The position numbers were made by a program, and so were the translations under genes. The notes under the pieces are model-generated. The model was not told the DNA's origin. It ran no database searches and saw nothing but the letters and a program-made list of their open reading frames with translations. A stretch of 64,000 nucleotides of DNA from Verrucomicrobiia bacterium. Its GTDB lineage: Bacteria > Verrucomicrobiota > Verrucomicrobiia > Limisphaerales > UBA1319. The number at the start of each line of letters is the position of its first letter. Positions within the stretch are counted from its first letter, which is position 1. Below are positions 62,148 through 64,000 of the stretch, piece by piece. The DNA lies in assembly GCA_963664225.1 (NCBI GenBank), contig OY760937.1, positions 2,528,001-2,592,000 on the forward strand. Reading direction: 5' to 3'.

Positions 62148-63958
62148 ATGCTTTGCTGCGCTGGCTGGACGCGCGGACGGGTTACCAGCAGATCCTCCAT
62201 TATCTACTCGACGAATCGATCCCGGGGGGATCGCGGTGGCGCTATGTCTGGGGCAGCGCGCTGATGTTCACGGTGGCCATGCAGGTGATCACGGGGATTT
62301 TTCTGGCGATGGCCTACAGCCCGAACACGCAGTCGGCCTGGGCCAGTGTTTATTACATCCAATACCAGATGCCGGGAGGGGCGCTTCTGCGGGGGCTGCA
62401 CCATTTCTTCGCGCAGCTCATGATCCTGCTTCTGGGCGTGCATATGCTCCAGACGGTCTGGGACCGGGCCTACACGGCCCCGCGCGAGATTAATTTCTGG
62501 TTTGGACTGGCACTGATGCAACTCACGCTGGCCATATCGCTGACGGGGTATTTGCTGCCGTGGGATCAAAAGGGATTCTGGGCGACGAAGGTGGCCACGA
62601 ATATTTTTGGGACGGCGCCCGTTTTTGGGCCGGCGATTCAAAAACTGCTGATGGGCGGATCGGATTACGGCCACCATACATTGACCCGCTTCTACGCGCT
62701 GCATGCGGGCGTTCTGCCGATGATGTTATTTGCGGCCGTGGGCGCCCATATCTATTTGTTTCGCCGCCATGGCATCAAGGCCAAAAGACCGTTCCGCACC
62801 ACGGACCAGACGTTCTGGCCCGACCAGGTGCTCAAGGATGCCGTGGCCGCCTGCGCGGTGCTGGCCACGGTGCTGGTGCTGATTTACCGCAACAACCTTT
62901 TTCACGGGGGTGGCATGGCTGGCGCGGAGTTGGGCGCGCCTGCCGATCCCACGGAACCGTATTCGGCGGCGCGTCCGGAATGGTATTTCCTGTTCATGTT
63001 CCAGTTTCTAAAGCTCTTCCCGGGCGGCACTGAAGTGTGGGGGGCGATCATCATTCCAAACCTGGTGCTGGTGACGTTGTTGCTCATGCCTTTCATTGCG
63101 ATCTGGAGGTTCGGTCACAAACTGAATCTGGCCTTGCTGGGATGTCTGGTTTTGGGAATCGGAGTGCTGACATGGACGGCGATGGAGCAGGACCGCAAGG
63201 ACCCGGAGTTTCAACGCGCCGTGGCCGACGCGCAGAGGGCGGCGGAACGCGCGGTTCTTTTGGCGCAGACCGCAGGCGGTATTCCGGCGGAAGGGGGACT
63301 GGCGATGCTGCAGGCGGATCCCCTGACGCAGGGTCCCCGGTTATTCGCCAGGAATTGCGCCAGTTGTCACCGCTATGACGGCCACGACGGAATGGGGAGG
63401 AAGATCGAGGAACCGCCCACCGCTTCCGATTTGAAGGATTTCGGCAGCCGTAAATGGATCACGGGATTGCTCGATCCAAAACAAGTTTCCGAGCCGCATT
63501 ACTTTGGCGGCACCAAGTTCAAGAATGGCAAAATGGCCAAATTCGTGAAACTGAAGATCGCCAAGCTCACCGATGAGGACAAAACGAACCTGACCTGTGT
63601 TGTGGCGGCCATTTCCGCAGAGGCGGGACTTAAGGCACAGCGCGCGGCGGATGCGGACACCGCCTTGATTGAGAGCGGGCGGGACCTGTTTAAAAACAAA
63701 CTCGGCTGCTCGGATTGCCACAAATTCCGGGATGCGGACACGGAAGGCACGGCGCCCACGCTGACAGGTTACGGATCGCGTGAGTGGATCATGAGCATGA
63801 TGCATAATCCGGCGCATGAGCGGTTTTACGGGAAGAACAACGATCGCATGCCCGCTTTTGGCGCCCAGGAAATTCTCGATGCCAGGGCGATGGGCGTGAT
63901 TGCCGACTGGTTGCGCGGCGATTGGGTGGAACCAAAACCCGCCCCGTTAAAAAAATAA
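62144..63958 (+). CDS. Cytochrome b fused to a diheme cytochrome c
   Basis: RGLHH, GYLLPWDQ, RFYALH, PEWY, then CASCH and CSDCH; ATGA overlap with the Rieske gene. Confidence 0.93.
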   Translation: MNALLRWLDARTGYQQILHYLLDESIPGGSRWRYVWGSALMFTVAMQVITGIFLAMAYSPNTQSAWASVYYIQYQMPGGALLRGLHHFFAQLMILLLGVHMLQTVWDRAYTAPREINFWFGLALMQLTLAISLTGYLLPWDQKGFWATKVATNIFGTAPVFGPAIQKLLMGGSDYGHHTLTRFYALHAGVLPMMLFAAVGAHIYLFRRHGIKAKRPFRTTDQTFWPDQVLKDAVAACAVLATVLVLIYRNNLFHGGGMAGAELGAPADPTEPYSAARPEWYFLFMFQFLKLFPGGTEVWGAIIIPNLVLVTLLLMPFIAIWRFGHKLNLALLGCLVLGIGVLTWTAMEQDRKDPEFQRAVADAQRAAERAVLLAQTAGGIPAEGGLAMLQADPLTQGPRLFARNCASCHRYDGHDGMGRKIEEPPTASDLKDFGSRKWITGLLDPKQVSEPHYFGGTKFKNGKMAKFVKLKIAKLTDEDKTNLTCVVAAISAEAGLKAQRAADADTALIESGRDLFKNKLGCSDCHKFRDADTEGTAPTLTGYGSREWIMSMMHNPAHERFYGKNNDRMPAFGAQEILDARAMGVIADWLRGDWVEPKPAPLKK

Positions 63959-64000
63959 ATAATCCGACGATTATTCTTGCCTTAGCCGATGAATAGAAGA

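Overview
GC-rich bacterial chromosome segment. Gene content and repeat style suggest Verrucomicrobiota (Pedosphaera-like); this is an inference. Housekeeping genes (coaE, proA, maeA, acnA, lysA, rpsU, Rieske/cytochrome b-c) are mixed with many exported carbohydrate/redox enzymes, large secreted multidomain proteins and three sensor proteins. The accessory layer has five main parts. (1) A ~750-nt non-coding stretch (9345-10090) made almost entirely of hairpins with + strand G-U wobbles, a candidate large structured RNA that I cannot assign to a known class. (2) Two apparently identical IS110 elements inserted at the same CT core of a REP-like repeat, with readable bridge-RNA target and donor guides and a circle-junction promoter. 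(3) Three tandem arrays of REP-like cassettes with 204, 129 and 85 bp units. (4) An orphan Rhs-AHH toxin/immunity pair. (5) A GMC dehydrogenase operon with a nine-heme cytochrome. No tRNA, rRNA or CRISPR array was recognised. All calls were made by eye, without database searches or folding software.
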